Assembly: GCA_039768565.1 (NCBI GenBank)
Contig: JBDNAG010000065.1
Span: 1,977-65,976, forward strand
DNA length: 64,000 nucleotides
Origin: Akkermansiaceae bacterium
GTDB lineage: Bacteria > Verrucomicrobiota > Verrucomicrobiia > Verrucomicrobiales > Akkermansiaceae
Reading direction: 5' to 3'
How positions within the stretch are numbered: the stretch's first letter is position 1; each line of letters starts with the position of its first letter. Position numbers and translations under genes: made by a program. Below are positions 8,362 through 18,705 of the stretch, in pieces. Below the pieces are notes generated by a model. It was not told where the DNA came from and searched no databases. It saw only the letters and a program-made list of their open reading frames with translations.

Positions 8362-10079
8362 TATGGAAGGTGTTTCCGGCGGTTCGCCAACCAGACACAT
8401 TGGTATGGCGCGAGGATGATATCGCCCTCCTCATCCTCCAAAACGTCCCCTGAAATCAAATCCAACCACTCTTCGGTCGAAATCAAGTTAATGGACGCTA
8501 CCGGGATTCGTTGTTCCTCGTTCGAAACGTTATTCAAACAAAACACGTTATTTCGCCGATCAACAGATTGACGCCAAAAGGCAAAAACACAATCCCCCAA
8601 GTGGAGAGTGAATTGGGTCGCATTAGGATGAAAGGAATTTTGCGCTCTTCTTAATTTAATCAAATGAAGCAATTTCTTCAAAACGCCGGTATGAGGCGAA
8701 GTCACATCATCGAGTTCGGCATCCAGGTCACCCGCCTTCCACTGACGACGATTGATGCGGCGATTAATACCGGAACTGACCGCGCCATCCCGGTCATTCC
8801 GCGTCCCCAAAAGACTGTGGATATAGAATGCCGGAATCCCTTCCAGACCCAATAAAATGGTATGTGCGCATAGAAATCTTTCCTCGGTTTGGAGCGCATC
8901 AAAGAGGCTGATGTTGATCTCGTAGGGACGTTTACTACCATCGGGAAGAGCACGCTCCGAAACGAAACCACCGTATTCCACCATCTTATCGACCATCGAT
9001 TGGATCTCGTTATGGGATAACAATCCCTCAGCTGGCCTGAGACCGATTCCGTCGTGGGATGCGATAAAATTAAAATACATTGTTCCGGGCTGGGCCGGAG
9101 GCATTCTCATTAACCACTGAATCAGGCAACGACAATCCCCATAGGTGAGAGAATATAAAAGAAGCGGAGGAAGTGAGAAATTGTAGATGCCATGCGCCTC
9201 ATTTCCATTTCCAAAATAGGAGAGATTTTCCTGATTAGGAATATTGGTCTCAGTGATGATCACCGCATCCGGTTTCACATGTTCAATCAAAGTCCGGAAA
9301 AGACGAACCAACTCATGGGTCTGAGCAAGATTGATACACTTGGTTCCAAGCTCCTTCCAAACAAAAGCGACCGCATCTAGGCGGAAAACACCGATACCAT
9401 GATCCAAATGACTCCGAATGATCTTCACCAACTCAACAAGGAGATCGTGATCGCGGAAGTTAAGGTCAGCCTGATCGTGCCCAAAGGTACACCACACATG
9501 TTTCATCCCCGACGGCGTCGGAGTAGCACGCAAAAGAGGGCTAGTTCTGGGGCGCACTACTTCGCTGAGATCGTCAAGCGGCGATGCCTCCACAAAGAAG
9601 CGACACCCCGGCTCTTCATCCTTCTCGAATTGCTGAAACCATTCGTGAGAAGTCGAACAATGATTCACAACAAGATCGGACATAATCCGGTAGTCCTGCG
9701 AGAGGTCCTCGAGATCCGACCAATCCCCCAGGTCGGACTTCACCTGAGTATAATCCGAGACTGCGAAGCCATCGTCCGAAGTCCATGGAAAATAGGGCAG
9801 GACGTGAACAATTGAAATGGAGTCACCCAGCCTCTCTCGAACAAACGAAGCCAACTCCTTCAGCGGCGCGCCCTCCCTAGGTAAAATCGAGTCACCATAG
9901 GTGATCAGCGCGATGTCTTTTTCAGACCAGTGATTCGTAAAAGGAACCGGCTCAAAAAAGTGCTCGTGCAAGCGCATTGCCTCGATCAACCGCCCAACGA
10001 GCACCGAGTGATCCCCCTCCCCGTATATCGCGGTTAGATGGGTCTCGATCCGAAGATTGAGGTGATCGAGGGGGCTCAT
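8358..10079 (-). CDS. GH13_18 sugar phosphorylase, YcjM-like (probable glucosylglycerate phosphorylase)
   Basis: Long collinear similarity to E. coli YcjM as I recall it (LITYGDS, VHVLPYFPWTSDDGFAVSDY, VVNHCS, FRLDAVAFVWKE, ITETNVP, FIASHDGIGL). The start overlaps the stop of the upstream glycosyltransferase. Confidence 0.8.
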   Translation of the reverse strand: MSPLDHLNLRIETHLTAIYGEGDHSVLVGRLIEAMRLHEHFFEPVPFTNHWSEKDIALITYGDSILPREGAPLKELASFVRERLGDSISIVHVLPYFPWTSDDGFAVSDYTQVKSDLGDWSDLEDLSQDYRIMSDLVVNHCSTSHEWFQQFEKDEEPGCRFFVEASPLDDLSEVVRPRTSPLLRATPTPSGMKHVWCTFGHDQADLNFRDHDLLVELVKIIRSHLDHGIGVFRLDAVAFVWKELGTKCINLAQTHELVRLFRTLIEHVKPDAVIITETNIPNQENLSYFGNGNEAHGIYNFSLPPLLLYSLTYGDCRCLIQWLMRMPPAQPGTMYFNFIASHDGIGLRPAEGLLSHNEIQSMVDKMVEYGGFVSERALPDGSKRPYEINISLFDALQTEERFLCAHTILLGLEGIPAFYIHSLLGTRNDRDGAVSSGINRRINRRQWKAGDLDAELDDVTSPHTGVLKKLLHLIKLRRAQNSFHPNATQFTLHLGDCVFAFWRQSVDRRNNVFCLNNVSNEEQRIPVASINLISTEEWLDLISGDVLEDEEGDIILAPYQCVWLANRRKHLPY

Positions 10080-11302
10080 TTTTGAGAAAACTCTTTTTGA
10101 TCTGCCTCTACCGCTTCGATCAACCTATCGTAAATATCGGGCATCGCGCTAAGCACCCGCGACCAACTTGGAATGAATGGTTTTTCGTGCGGCGAACTCA
10201 AAAAATTCTTACCAGCCGCAATGATGTTTTCGGCAAAAAGCTCAACTGCCTCCTCCTCCTTGTGAACGTCAAGATCCAACCCATTCATGACGGCATCATT
10301 CTTGTAGCGCTCCACGAAATCGAGGGCATTCCGAAAGTATGCTGCTTTAAGGGTGCGGAAAACCTCTTTGCTAAACACGGTCCCCATAACAGCCATTTTC
10401 CGGTAAACTAGTTTACAAATATCGATCGACATTTTCGACAGGCCTTTGGCCCGATCATCGACTGAAATATCCTGATGCTTGTGATCATAAACTTCGGCAA
10501 TATCGACCTGGCAGAGTTTGTTGTTGGAATAGTTCCGGAACATTTCGGAAAGCGTTCCCATCTCGAGTCCCCAATCGCTCGGCATACGAATGTCGGGAAT
10601 CACGCCCTTGCGGAAAGAGAATTCACCGGCCAAAGGATAGCGAAAAGTATCCAGATAACGCAGGTAATCACTGGGACCACAAACTTGCTCCAGCGACCTC
10701 AAAAGCGGGGTAATTAAAAGACGGGTGACCCGGCCATTGAGACTCCCGTCGGCAATCCGTGGATAGTATCCCTTCGCAAATTGATAACTGAATTGAGGGT
10801 TTGCCATCGGGTATATCAAGCGGGCCAAAAGCGAACGATCGTAAGTCACGATATCGCAATCATGCAGCGCGATCGCCTCGGCCTTGTCAGTCGCCAGCAT
10901 GTAGCCCAGGCAATACCAAACATTCCTCCCCTTACCCTCTTCCTCCGGCGCAAGCCCCTGTTTCTGAAGCTCGGCATCAAGAGCACGCAAACGTGGACCA
11001 TCATTCCAAAGCACCCGGTGATGCTGCGGAAGCTCTCCAAAAAAGCGCAGCGCCTCGCAATACTGGTCCTCGGTTGCCCGATCCAGACCAATTACGATTT
11101 GGCTCAAGTAAGGAACCTTCTTCACCTCCTCAAGAATCTTAGGCATCGCCTCGGTTTCGAGTTCGGAAAAGAGCGATGGCAGCAAAAGCCCCATTGGTCT
11201 TTTCTTTGAAAAACCAACGAGCTCGGCCTCCAATTCATCAAGTGACCTGTCGGTCAGGTTGTGCAGGGTGGCGACGGAACCGCCTTGGTGAAAATCAGCC
11301 AT
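10076..11302 (-). CDS. Glycosyl-3-phosphoglycerate synthase-type glycosyltransferase (GpgS or MggA-like)
   Basis: N-terminus MADFHQGGSVATLHNL resembles archaeal/bacterial glucosyl-3-phosphoglycerate synthases. It is translationally coupled between an MPGP-family phosphatase and the GH13_18 phosphorylase. Sugar specificity cannot be read from the sequence. Confidence 0.6.
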   Translation of the reverse strand: MADFHQGGSVATLHNLTDRSLDELEAELVGFSKKRPMGLLLPSLFSELETEAMPKILEEVKKVPYLSQIVIGLDRATEDQYCEALRFFGELPQHHRVLWNDGPRLRALDAELQKQGLAPEEEGKGRNVWYCLGYMLATDKAEAIALHDCDIVTYDRSLLARLIYPMANPQFSYQFAKGYYPRIADGSLNGRVTRLLITPLLRSLEQVCGPSDYLRYLDTFRYPLAGEFSFRKGVIPDIRMPSDWGLEMGTLSEMFRNYSNNKLCQVDIAEVYDHKHQDISVDDRAKGLSKMSIDICKLVYRKMAVMGTVFSKEVFRTLKAAYFRNALDFVERYKNDAVMNGLDLDVHKEEEAVELFAENIIAAGKNFLSSPHEKPFIPSWSRVLSAMPDIYDRLIEAVEADQKEFSQK

Positions 11303-12056
11303 TTTGTGTTGTTGTTGATTGTGGAATTTGAAGTTGGTCGAGAATTTGGGTCATCATTTCGGCCCATCCGCGCGGACCGGTCTCGCTGCTGCGAAGCATA
11401 TCCTCAGCTTCCAAAACGTAGTCACCGGGCGCCTTGATGATCACTCCGATGTCCGCCGCTTCCAGCATAGCGAGATCGTTGGGCCGATCTCCGAGTGCGA
11501 TGATGGCCACCTTGTCATTTCGAAGATGCTGCAAAGGCTTCCCCTTGTTTGTCTCACCCAGAACATGCAGAAAACGCCCTCCACGCAGGGTCGTCAGGCC
11601 TCGGTCCTTGATCAATTGGCAAAATTCCTCCTCCTTCTCCGGCGTATCCTGCCAGACCAATGGCTCGCTGAAATGCCGATCAGCGGATCTCTCCGATGAT
11701 TGGCGCCCTAATCCGGTCCACTGCATGATTTCAGGCACTCCAACATCCGAGTAGCCCGTGAATTTAAACTTCGCCCGCAGCGGCTTGAGAACGCCCAGAA
11801 TTTCAGCTCGTGGAACCCCGAAAACCTCGACCTTCTCACCGTCGTAAATGGCCGAGCCATTTTCCACAATGTAGGGATCCAGATTCCCAAATTCACCGCG
11901 CATTGCCAGCCATTCAGCCTTGGTCTTACTGGTATTGACCACAAGTGGAATTCCAGCTTCATCCATCCGGTCCAGAATCGGCAAAACAGGATCAAAGGAA
12001 TAGTCATCATGGTCCAGAAGCGTCCCATCCAGGTCGCTTACCACCATCAACTTCAT
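11295..12056 (-). CDS. HAD-IIB mannosyl/glucosyl-3-phosphoglycerate phosphatase (YedP/MpgP family)
   Basis: MKLMVVSDLDGTLLDH, NTSKT, GDRPNDLAML and GPRGW are collinear with E. coli YedP. The ORF could extend to 12167, but homology starts at M38 (12056). Confidence 0.8.
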   Translation of the reverse strand: MKLMVVSDLDGTLLDHDDYSFDPVLPILDRMDEAGIPLVVNTSKTKAEWLAMRGEFGNLDPYIVENGSAIYDGEKVEVFGVPRAEILGVLKPLRAKFKFTGYSDVGVPEIMQWTGLGRQSSERSADRHFSEPLVWQDTPEKEEEFCQLIKDRGLTTLRGGRFLHVLGETNKGKPLQHLRNDKVAIIALGDRPNDLAMLEAADIGVIIKAPGDYVLEAEDMLRSSETGPRGWAEMMTQILDQLQIPQSTTTQNG

Positions 12057-12172
12057 CGTTTCATCAGCCACTTGACTCTCTCCTAGCGCATCCCGTGCCA
12101 AATCCCGAACGCAAAAAAATTCCGAACCTTCAATCGAAGGTCCAGAATTTAGAGAATTTGAATTCAAGTCGA

Positions 12173-12787
12173 CTAGCGACGTCGGCGGAAGCCAAGCAGC
12201 ATTCCACTCAAGCCAAGCAACAGAGCTGAAGTCGGCTCAGGAACAGGAGCCACCGTAGTCACGTTGAACGCCAGCTCGTATTGATTACCGAATGGTTGTC
12301 CCGCTCCATCGAAAAGACTTCCGTCAGTCCCCAAGATTCCTCCCGCAGTTGGGCCATTCAAGCCAACACGAGCACGGACAGGTGTTCCTGACGCCCCTGA
12401 GGTTGCAATCAAAGAGTAAACCGTATCATCAGCCAGAATCCCTCCGGAGAAATTGGCAGTTAACTCAGCACTTGCGGGTGTTAAGAGAATCGTATTGGTA
12501 GAGGAAGCCACTAATGTCCCCAGTCCCTGAGTCTCCGCATTTTGATCTGCATCCGTCCAAATTTCGATCGAAAATGGACCTGTTGGATCACTACCTCCAA
12601 TTGCACTTGCCGCAAAAATCCCAATCTCGGAAAGCTGTGTTTCAGCTCCGATTGCTCCGGTTGTGAATGTTTGGGTCAATATTAGGTTGGCCCGGGCGCC
12701 ACCACCACTGTGAGCCACATCGATAATAACTGCGCCGTGGGCAAGAGGAGCAGCGAGAAGAACGGGAAGAAGAGATTTTAGATTCAT
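12173..12787 (-). CDS. PEP-CTERM sorting-domain secreted protein
   Basis: Signal peptide MNLKSLLPVLLAAPLAHG and C-terminal VPEPTSALLLGLSGMLLGFRRRR (PEP motif, TM helix, Arg cluster). Confidence 0.85.
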   Translation of the reverse strand: MNLKSLLPVLLAAPLAHGAVIIDVAHSGGGARANLILTQTFTTGAIGAETQLSEIGIFAASAIGGSDPTGPFSIEIWTDADQNAETQGLGTLVASSTNTILLTPASAELTANFSGGILADDTVYSLIATSGASGTPVRARVGLNGPTAGGILGTDGSLFDGAGQPFGNQYELAFNVTTVAPVPEPTSALLLGLSGMLLGFRRRR

Positions 12788-12960
12788 TGAACAACTGGAG
12801 TTTTTGTTAGTCGTTCGTGTTTTATCTTGCATCCAATAATTCCTAAGAAATTAGAACAGGTGTTTTTACAAAACCAGTTTTCCAGATCTCGCAGGAAGAG
12901 CAAACCCGTGGCAAGAAAATCTCGAAACATTAACCTCACCTCTTACGTCTCGTTAATGCT

Positions 12961-14094
12961 ATGAAGCTTACCTCGCTGGCTCTGATTTTACCCACCCTCG
13001 TCTTCGCAGACCCCGCCATCACACTGGATCTTGACCACCGGACCTCCCATCAGGTCGTCGTCGATCGCGAAAAGGGACAGTATCTGGGCCACCCGACCAC
13101 GACCCTGCTTGAGGACGGAAAAACTATTCTTTGCGTTTACCCAAAGGGCCACGGCAGGGGAGAAATCGTTTACAAGCGAAGCTCCGACGGTGGGCTCACC
13201 TGGAGCAAACGACTCCCCACTCCGAAAAGTTGGTCCACATCCAAAGAAGTCCCCACCATCCACCGGGTCGTCGATCCCGATGGAAAAAAACGCCTGATTG
13301 TTTGGTCAGGCCTCCATCCCGCACGACTGTCGGTCAGTGAAGATAATGGCACCAGCTGGAGCGAATTGAAACCCGCTGGTGACTGGGGCGGAATCGTTGT
13401 GATGGGATTCGTGGAGGCTCTCAAGACCGGCCCCGGCCATTATCTGGCCATGTTTCACGATGATGGTCGCTTCTTTGAAAAAGAACCCGCTAAAGACAAG
13501 GTTCGAACCTTTACTCTCTATCAAACGAAATCCACCGATGGCGGGTTAACCTGGTCGCAGCCCGAGGCAGTTTACCAATCATCCGAGGTCCACCTCTGTG
13601 AACCCGGTTGCGTTCGTTCTCCCGATGGAAAAACTCTCGCCGTTCTGCTCCGCGAGAATGCACGACGCAAAAACTCCCATATTATATTTTCGAAAGACGA
13701 AGGCAAAACATGGAGCGAGCCCCGTGAACTCCCCCTTACTCTCACCGGAGACCGACATACCGGAAAATATGGTCCCGATGGCAGACTCTTCCTTTCCTAC
13801 CGTTGCATCTCTCCCAAAGCTCAAGTCAAGGAACGGCAGTTTGAGGGCGACTGGGTCGGGTGGGTCGGAACCTGGGACGACCTTGTCAAAGGCAACCACG
13901 GACAGTATTTCTTCCGCCTGAAGGATAACACGAAAGGCTACGACACTTCATACCCCGGAGTCGAGGTCCTACCCAACGGCACCTTCGTGACCACGACCTA
14001 TGGTCACTGGAGTAAAGGAGAAGCTCCCTATATTCTCACCACCCGCTTTCAGGTGGAGGACCTCGACAAGCTGGCCAGCGGAAACAAAAAATAG
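12961..14094 (+). CDS. BNR/Asp-box repeat beta-propeller glycosidase (sialidase-like)
   Basis: Signal peptide plus four SxDxGxTW Asp-boxes (SSDGGLTWS, SEDNGTSWS, STDGGLTWS, SKDEGKTWS). Confidence 0.75.
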   Translation: MKLTSLALILPTLVFADPAITLDLDHRTSHQVVVDREKGQYLGHPTTTLLEDGKTILCVYPKGHGRGEIVYKRSSDGGLTWSKRLPTPKSWSTSKEVPTIHRVVDPDGKKRLIVWSGLHPARLSVSEDNGTSWSELKPAGDWGGIVVMGFVEALKTGPGHYLAMFHDDGRFFEKEPAKDKVRTFTLYQTKSTDGGLTWSQPEAVYQSSEVHLCEPGCVRSPDGKTLAVLLRENARRKNSHIIFSKDEGKTWSEPRELPLTLTGDRHTGKYGPDGRLFLSYRCISPKAQVKERQFEGDWVGWVGTWDDLVKGNHGQYFFRLKDNTKGYDTSYPGVEVLPNGTFVTTTYGHWSKGEAPYILTTRFQVEDLDKLASGNKK

Positions 14095-14249
14095 CACGCA
14101 GTGCTGCAAAGATCTGAATCTAAACTAGCCCGGGCTTCAACGAATTGATTTGGCTGGCCTACCGCCTCCGAATAATGGGGATTGGCTAAATCTTCTCTTC
14201 CCTGCATTTTTCGATGGCAGCCCGATCAAAAAACTGACTCGCTCCTGAC

Positions 14250-15077
14250 ATGCCCGAACTCGCCGAAGTCGAACTAGCCCGCCGCCAATGGGCCGCATTC
14301 CACGGAGACTCCATCATCGACGTTAATGTCCACCCCAAGGCACGTATTTATCGCGACTGCCCCTCCCCAGCCCTGCGCATTCTCGAGGGAAAACCCCTTC
14401 TCTCCTCTCGCGCCCACGGCAAACGCATGCTTTTCACCTTTGGGCCCGAACTTCACCTTGAGGTCCACCTAGGCATGTCCGGCAAACTCTCCACAGCGCC
14501 ACCAGCCCACGAAGAACAAAAGCACGACCACCTCATCCTCCGCACCGCCAAGGCCGCCCTCATCTTTAACGACTACCGCATGTTCGGCCGCGTCATGCTT
14601 CATGATTGCGAAGACCCATGGGCCGATTTTCCGCCCCAACCGCAGGATTCCAAATTCTCCCTCGCCCGCGTTCGCAAGCTCATCGAACGCCACCCCAAAA
14701 AACCTCTCAAAGCTCTCTTACTTGACCAAAACGCCTGCCCCGGCATCGGCAACTGGATGGCGGATGAAATCTGTTGGCGGCTTGGACTCTATCCCGGCAT
14801 CCCCACCGCCAAACTCGAGCCCGTTCTGCTTCGCAAAGAGATCCGCTTTGTCACCCTTGGCGCCCTCAAACACGTCGCCGAAAAAAATACCACCGCCTCA
14901 TCCGATGGTTTCGCGCCTGGCAGCTACGTCTCCAACGTCCCACCAAAAAACTGGCTCTTCCAGCACCGGTGGAAAAAAGGAGGAATCTGCCCCAAGTGCA
15001 AGACCGACCTTGCCCGCGATACCATCGCTACTAGGACCACTGCCTGGTGCCCGACCTGCCAGCCTGAGTCCCATTAA
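14250..15077 (+). CDS. Fpg/Nei-family DNA glycosylase / AP lyase
   Basis: N-terminal MPELAEVE (catalytic Pro2/Glu3), an H2TH region, and the C-terminal zinc finger CPKC...CPTC. Confidence 0.85.
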   Translation: MPELAEVELARRQWAAFHGDSIIDVNVHPKARIYRDCPSPALRILEGKPLLSSRAHGKRMLFTFGPELHLEVHLGMSGKLSTAPPAHEEQKHDHLILRTAKAALIFNDYRMFGRVMLHDCEDPWADFPPQPQDSKFSLARVRKLIERHPKKPLKALLLDQNACPGIGNWMADEICWRLGLYPGIPTAKLEPVLLRKEIRFVTLGALKHVAEKNTTASSDGFAPGSYVSNVPPKNWLFQHRWKKGGICPKCKTDLARDTIATRTTAWCPTCQPESH

Positions 15078-15134
15078 AAATTCAAATTGATCCCTCTCCA
15101 ATAAGTAATTACTTCAAATGCCTCCCAACTTAAT

Positions 15135-15713
15135 ATGGCTACACAAAAAAGAGGCTATGGCTTCCTTCTCACTGCTCTCATCGTTCTACTTCTAGGTGGA
15201 GGCATCGCCGCCTTTCTAGGCATCGGAGCATTCAACTCCGGCAAAGACTTCACTGGGAATATCGATAAAGGTGAATCCTTCGTAACCCCGACGACACTCA
15301 GCTACACCCCAAAGGGAGACACTGAAATCACGGCTTGGATTTCCGGCGATGAAAACCTCGACCTTTCCAAAGTCGAACTTGAATTCACGGACACCTCAAC
15401 CGGAATCACGGAGAAGGCCACCAAGCCTGAAAGCACCGGCCTCATCAACGGAAAACATCTTCTCGCTGTATTTAGCGCCGAGAAAGATAAAACCTATCAA
15501 ATAGCAGCCAAAGGTGCAGTCGACAACAGCACCGTGTGGATCTCAAATGTCTCTTCCGACGTGATCATATCCATGCTTGGCAAAGGCTTGGGAGCATTTG
15601 GCGTAGCAGCCGTCACTTTCCTACTGACCCTCGTCTTTGGAATCATCGGATTGGTCAAATTGCTCGGTTCAAAAAAAGCCGGACCGACTCAGGCCCCACC
15701 TCCCCTTTCCTAG
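15135..15713 (+). CDS. Hypothetical bitopic membrane protein
   Basis: N-terminal TM helix (GFLLTALIVLLLGGGIAAFLGIGAF) and C-terminal TM helix flanking a beta-rich ectodomain of about 110 aa. No family recognised. Confidence 0.5.
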   Translation: MATQKRGYGFLLTALIVLLLGGGIAAFLGIGAFNSGKDFTGNIDKGESFVTPTTLSYTPKGDTEITAWISGDENLDLSKVELEFTDTSTGITEKATKPESTGLINGKHLLAVFSAEKDKTYQIAAKGAVDNSTVWISNVSSDVIISMLGKGLGAFGVAAVTFLLTLVFGIIGLVKLLGSKKAGPTQAPPPLS

Positions 15714-15987
15714 GATCAAAAACCTCACATAACAGAATCAGAGCTAGCAATTCGAGGGCTCTGGGTTGTTTATGCTCCGAGGAATTCCCGGTAGAGTTTT
15801 GAATTGCAGCCACGTCCCACCACCTTTGAGAAGACAGCGACCACGGAAGATCGAACCGGTGGGAATCGTTTTGTTCTCCGCCCCTCCCATCAAGTTGTTG
15901 ACGAAACATCGCCGCAAAAAGTCCTCAGGGAAAACTTGAAATTTCCCAAAATTCAGTCCAATTTGTGCGCTTCCCCGTTTTTCAAAG

Positions 15988-16881
15988 ATGAAATTTCTCT
16001 CAATCGAAGAATCAAATTCCCACGAACTCGAGTCACTTCTTCATCTCGCAGCCGAGATGAAGTCAACCCGCGGTGCGCACCCCAACCAACCACTCGCTGG
16101 ACAAACCTGGGCCATCATTTTCACTAAAGCCTCGACGCGTACCCGTGTCTCCTTTGAAGTTGGAATTCGTGAGCTTGGCGGTAACGTTATGTTCCTTTCC
16201 AAGAACGATATCCAGCTCGGTCGTGGCGAACCCATCAAAGACACTGCCCGCGTCCTCGGGCGCATGGTTCATGGGGCCGTCATTCGGACCTTTGCCCAGC
16301 AAGATGTCGAGGACTTCTCCACCTACTCGGGTATCCCCACGATCAACGCCCTCACTGATGAAGAGCACCCCTGCCAGATTCTTGCCGACCTCTTGACGAT
16401 TCGTGAGAAGCTCGGCACCTGGGATGGCAAGAAAGTCGTTTTCATCGGCGATGGCGACAACAACATGTCTCGCTCGTGGATGTGGGCCGCCAAGCATCTG
16501 AACTTCGAATTCGTCGTCGCAGCTCCCGAGTCCTGCCTTCCTCCCAAGGAGTTCATGGACCGCCTGAATGCGCCCAATGTCACCCTGACTACAGACCCGC
16601 TTACTGCCACCAAGGATGCCGACGTCATCAATACTGACGTCTGGCTCTCAATGGGCCAAGAAGGGCAGGACGAAAAAGAGGCACTGTTTGGCAATTACCA
16701 GGTCAATGCCGACATCCTGTCGCACTGCTCTGCCAATCACATTGTCTTGCACTGCCTTCCAGCCTATCGCGGCAAGGAAATCACGGAAGAGACCCTGGAA
16801 GCGCACGCCGACACCATTTTTCAGCAGGCTGAAAACCGACTCCACGCCCAGAAAGCGGTCCTCGCCACTCTCGTCGAATGA
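15988..16881 (+). CDS. argF: Ornithine carbamoyltransferase
   Basis: STRTRVSFE carbamoyl-phosphate motif, DVWLSMG, and HCLPAYRG ornithine-binding motif. Confidence 0.9.
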   Translation: MKFLSIEESNSHELESLLHLAAEMKSTRGAHPNQPLAGQTWAIIFTKASTRTRVSFEVGIRELGGNVMFLSKNDIQLGRGEPIKDTARVLGRMVHGAVIRTFAQQDVEDFSTYSGIPTINALTDEEHPCQILADLLTIREKLGTWDGKKVVFIGDGDNNMSRSWMWAAKHLNFEFVVAAPESCLPPKEFMDRLNAPNVTLTTDPLTATKDADVINTDVWLSMGQEGQDEKEALFGNYQVNADILSHCSANHIVLHCLPAYRGKEITEETLEAHADTIFQQAENRLHAQKAVLATLVE

Positions 16882-17375
16882 TCACGCGGGAGGTTGGTAA
16901 AGCTTGGCAGTTCTTCCGTGAAAAAGGGTTCAAGGAAACCCTTCTTTCACGCGAAGCCCCGTTTCTGATTCAGTTCGGAAAATATGGCGTGTGCGGAGTC
17001 ATCTCGGTGGTGGTGCTCGCACTCGTCATTTACCTTGGCGAAGCCCTGGCTCCGCAGTATTTCTCGGACAATCTGCCGGATAAAACCATTGCTTGGAATA
17101 CCGCTATTTTACATTTCATTGCCTTCGTTCCATCAAACTTTGTGGCTTACGGACTCAATCGATGGCTCGTTTTCACTCCCGGTCGACACTCCGTAAAAAA
17201 GGAAATGATCCTTTTCACGATCATCTCACTCGTAAGCTTTTCGATAGGCGAGATGCTCCCATTTTGGCTGATCAACAACTTGGATCTCCCCCGCCCCGTC
17301 GTTCATTTTTCATTCATCATCTCCTCGGCGATGGTGAACTTTGTGTGCCGGAAATTTCTAGTCTTCGAAAAGTAG
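16878..17375 (+). CDS. GtrA-family membrane protein (polyprenyl-phosphate-sugar translocation family)
   Basis: Four TM helices with YGLNRWLVF and NFVCRKFLVFEK motifs typical of GtrA-like proteins. ATGA overlap with the argF stop. Confidence 0.7.
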   Translation: MITREVGKAWQFFREKGFKETLLSREAPFLIQFGKYGVCGVISVVVLALVIYLGEALAPQYFSDNLPDKTIAWNTAILHFIAFVPSNFVAYGLNRWLVFTPGRHSVKKEMILFTIISLVSFSIGEMLPFWLINNLDLPRPVVHFSFIISSAMVNFVCRKFLVFEK

Positions 17376-17382
17376 CAGCCAG

Positions 17383-18705
17383 CTACTCCTCTTTCTTCTC
17401 CCGGAGAAAGTCCGGCTTCCGGACGAGATACCTCTCCATCACCATTTCAGTATAAGGGGCGAAGGGTTCATATCCACCCTCGTTGCGATTTAAAATCACC
17501 GCCTTTACCTCACCATCAGCCCAAACGTAACTGAGCAGAGGATTCGTCCACCCCCAATGATCGATATCGTCATGATCAGCGGGCTTCACGAATCCCTTTT
17601 CCTCCTTCAGGATTTCCTGAAACTCCCCTTTAAAGGACCCCCAGCTTTGAAGATGCCTCACATGCAGCAGAGATATGCCAACGACGACTGCTGAAACAGA
17701 AAGAGCCCAGTCTTTGGTCAACTTAAACCGTGAAAGGCTAAACATAAAGGTGACTAGCATCAACAAAGGCAAAGCAGTCAAAGTGAGCGTGCGGGTCGAG
17801 AAGGAAATTCCACCCATGATCCCCGGCGAAAGCAATGAAACGACACCAATGACCAGAGGCGCTACCCACGCCGCCAGCAACGCCCGAGAGGATGAAAAAA
17901 CAATTCCAACGGTGTTTAAGATAACAAAGGAAACTCCGATCCAAGGATAAGGATGTCCAAGGGAAGCCAAAATCGCGCCAAGAAAATGCCCCCGGTTTTC
18001 AGGATCCCGCGGAAATAGAATCCAGGTCACCGCAATCACCACCGAGGCCAGAGCCAATGCTGCCAGTATCCCGCTCCCCCATCGCTCGCGGGGATGCTTT
18101 TCAACCCAGGCCCGGAAAGTGAAAATCACCGTGAAAATCGCACCCGATACCAAGGTTGTTTCGTAAAGTTTGAGGTGTGCAACCAAAAGTAAAGCAGTCA
18201 GCGATTGCTCAAAAAACGTGAGCCGTCGCCGAAGGATTCCAAAATAGAAAATAGGCCAAGCCAGAGAAAGCAAGGTGAGATGCTCACCATAAATCAAACA
18301 CCATGCCGAGAGGTTGAGACTGACCATGGAGATCAGGAAAAAGAAAATAAGAGCCGGACGTTCGCGGGTCGCATAAAGCGAAATGACAAAGGAAAGAACC
18401 CACGGAAACCAAATCCCCATTCCAAAAAACATCTCCAGAGCTCCCAAATCAGTTACCCCCGAGCGAACCGCCATAACGAGGGGCCATTGGGTAAGAAATT
18501 CGGCATGAGCCCGGGAAGGCGCGATATTCGTGAAAGTCGCATTATCCAGGATGATCGCAAAATAGAACGAACCATCACTCGCAAAGTAGGTATCCGCAGC
18601 AAACCCAATCCATAGCGATCCCGAAATTACCACAAACAATGCAATGGCCAGCCCCCGAATCTTTCCAGGTGACAGTGAAGCTGATTCAGAACTCAAATTC
18701 ATCAC
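17383..18705 (-). CDS. Polytopic integral membrane protein (GtrC/ArnT-like role suspected)
   Basis: About 11 hydrophobic helices and a soluble tail of about 70 aa. The start overlaps the stop of the upstream GT2 gene. No motif recognised, so the function is inferred from context only. Confidence 0.6.
   Translation of the reverse strand: MMNLSSESASLSPGKIRGLAIALFVVISGSLWIGFAADTYFASDGSFYFAIILDNATFTNIAPSRAHAEFLTQWPLVMAVRSGVTDLGALEMFFGMGIWFPWVLSFVISLYATRERPALIFFFLISMVSLNLSAWCLIYGEHLTLLSLAWPIFYFGILRRRLTFFEQSLTALLLVAHLKLYETTLVSGAIFTVIFTFRAWVEKHPRERWGSGILAALALASVVIAVTWILFPRDPENRGHFLGAILASLGHPYPWIGVSFVILNTVGIVFSSSRALLAAWVAPLVIGVVSLLSPGIMGGISFSTRTLTLTALPLLMLVTFMFSLSRFKLTKDWALSVSAVVVGISLLHVRHLQSWGSFKGEFQEILKEEKGFVKPADHDDIDHWGWTNPLLSYVWADGEVKAVILNRNEGGYEPFAPYTEMVMERYLVRKPDFLREKKEE

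Noticed and set aside
15836-15875. A tRNA-like motif (GGAAGATCGAACCGGTGG, T-arm-like, resembling the first nine bases of E. coli selC) upstream of argF. Checked as a possible tRNA or tRNA-Sec.
   Set aside because: I could not build an acceptor stem, D arm or anticodon arm on either strand, and the matching 3' acceptor sequence is absent within 100 nt.
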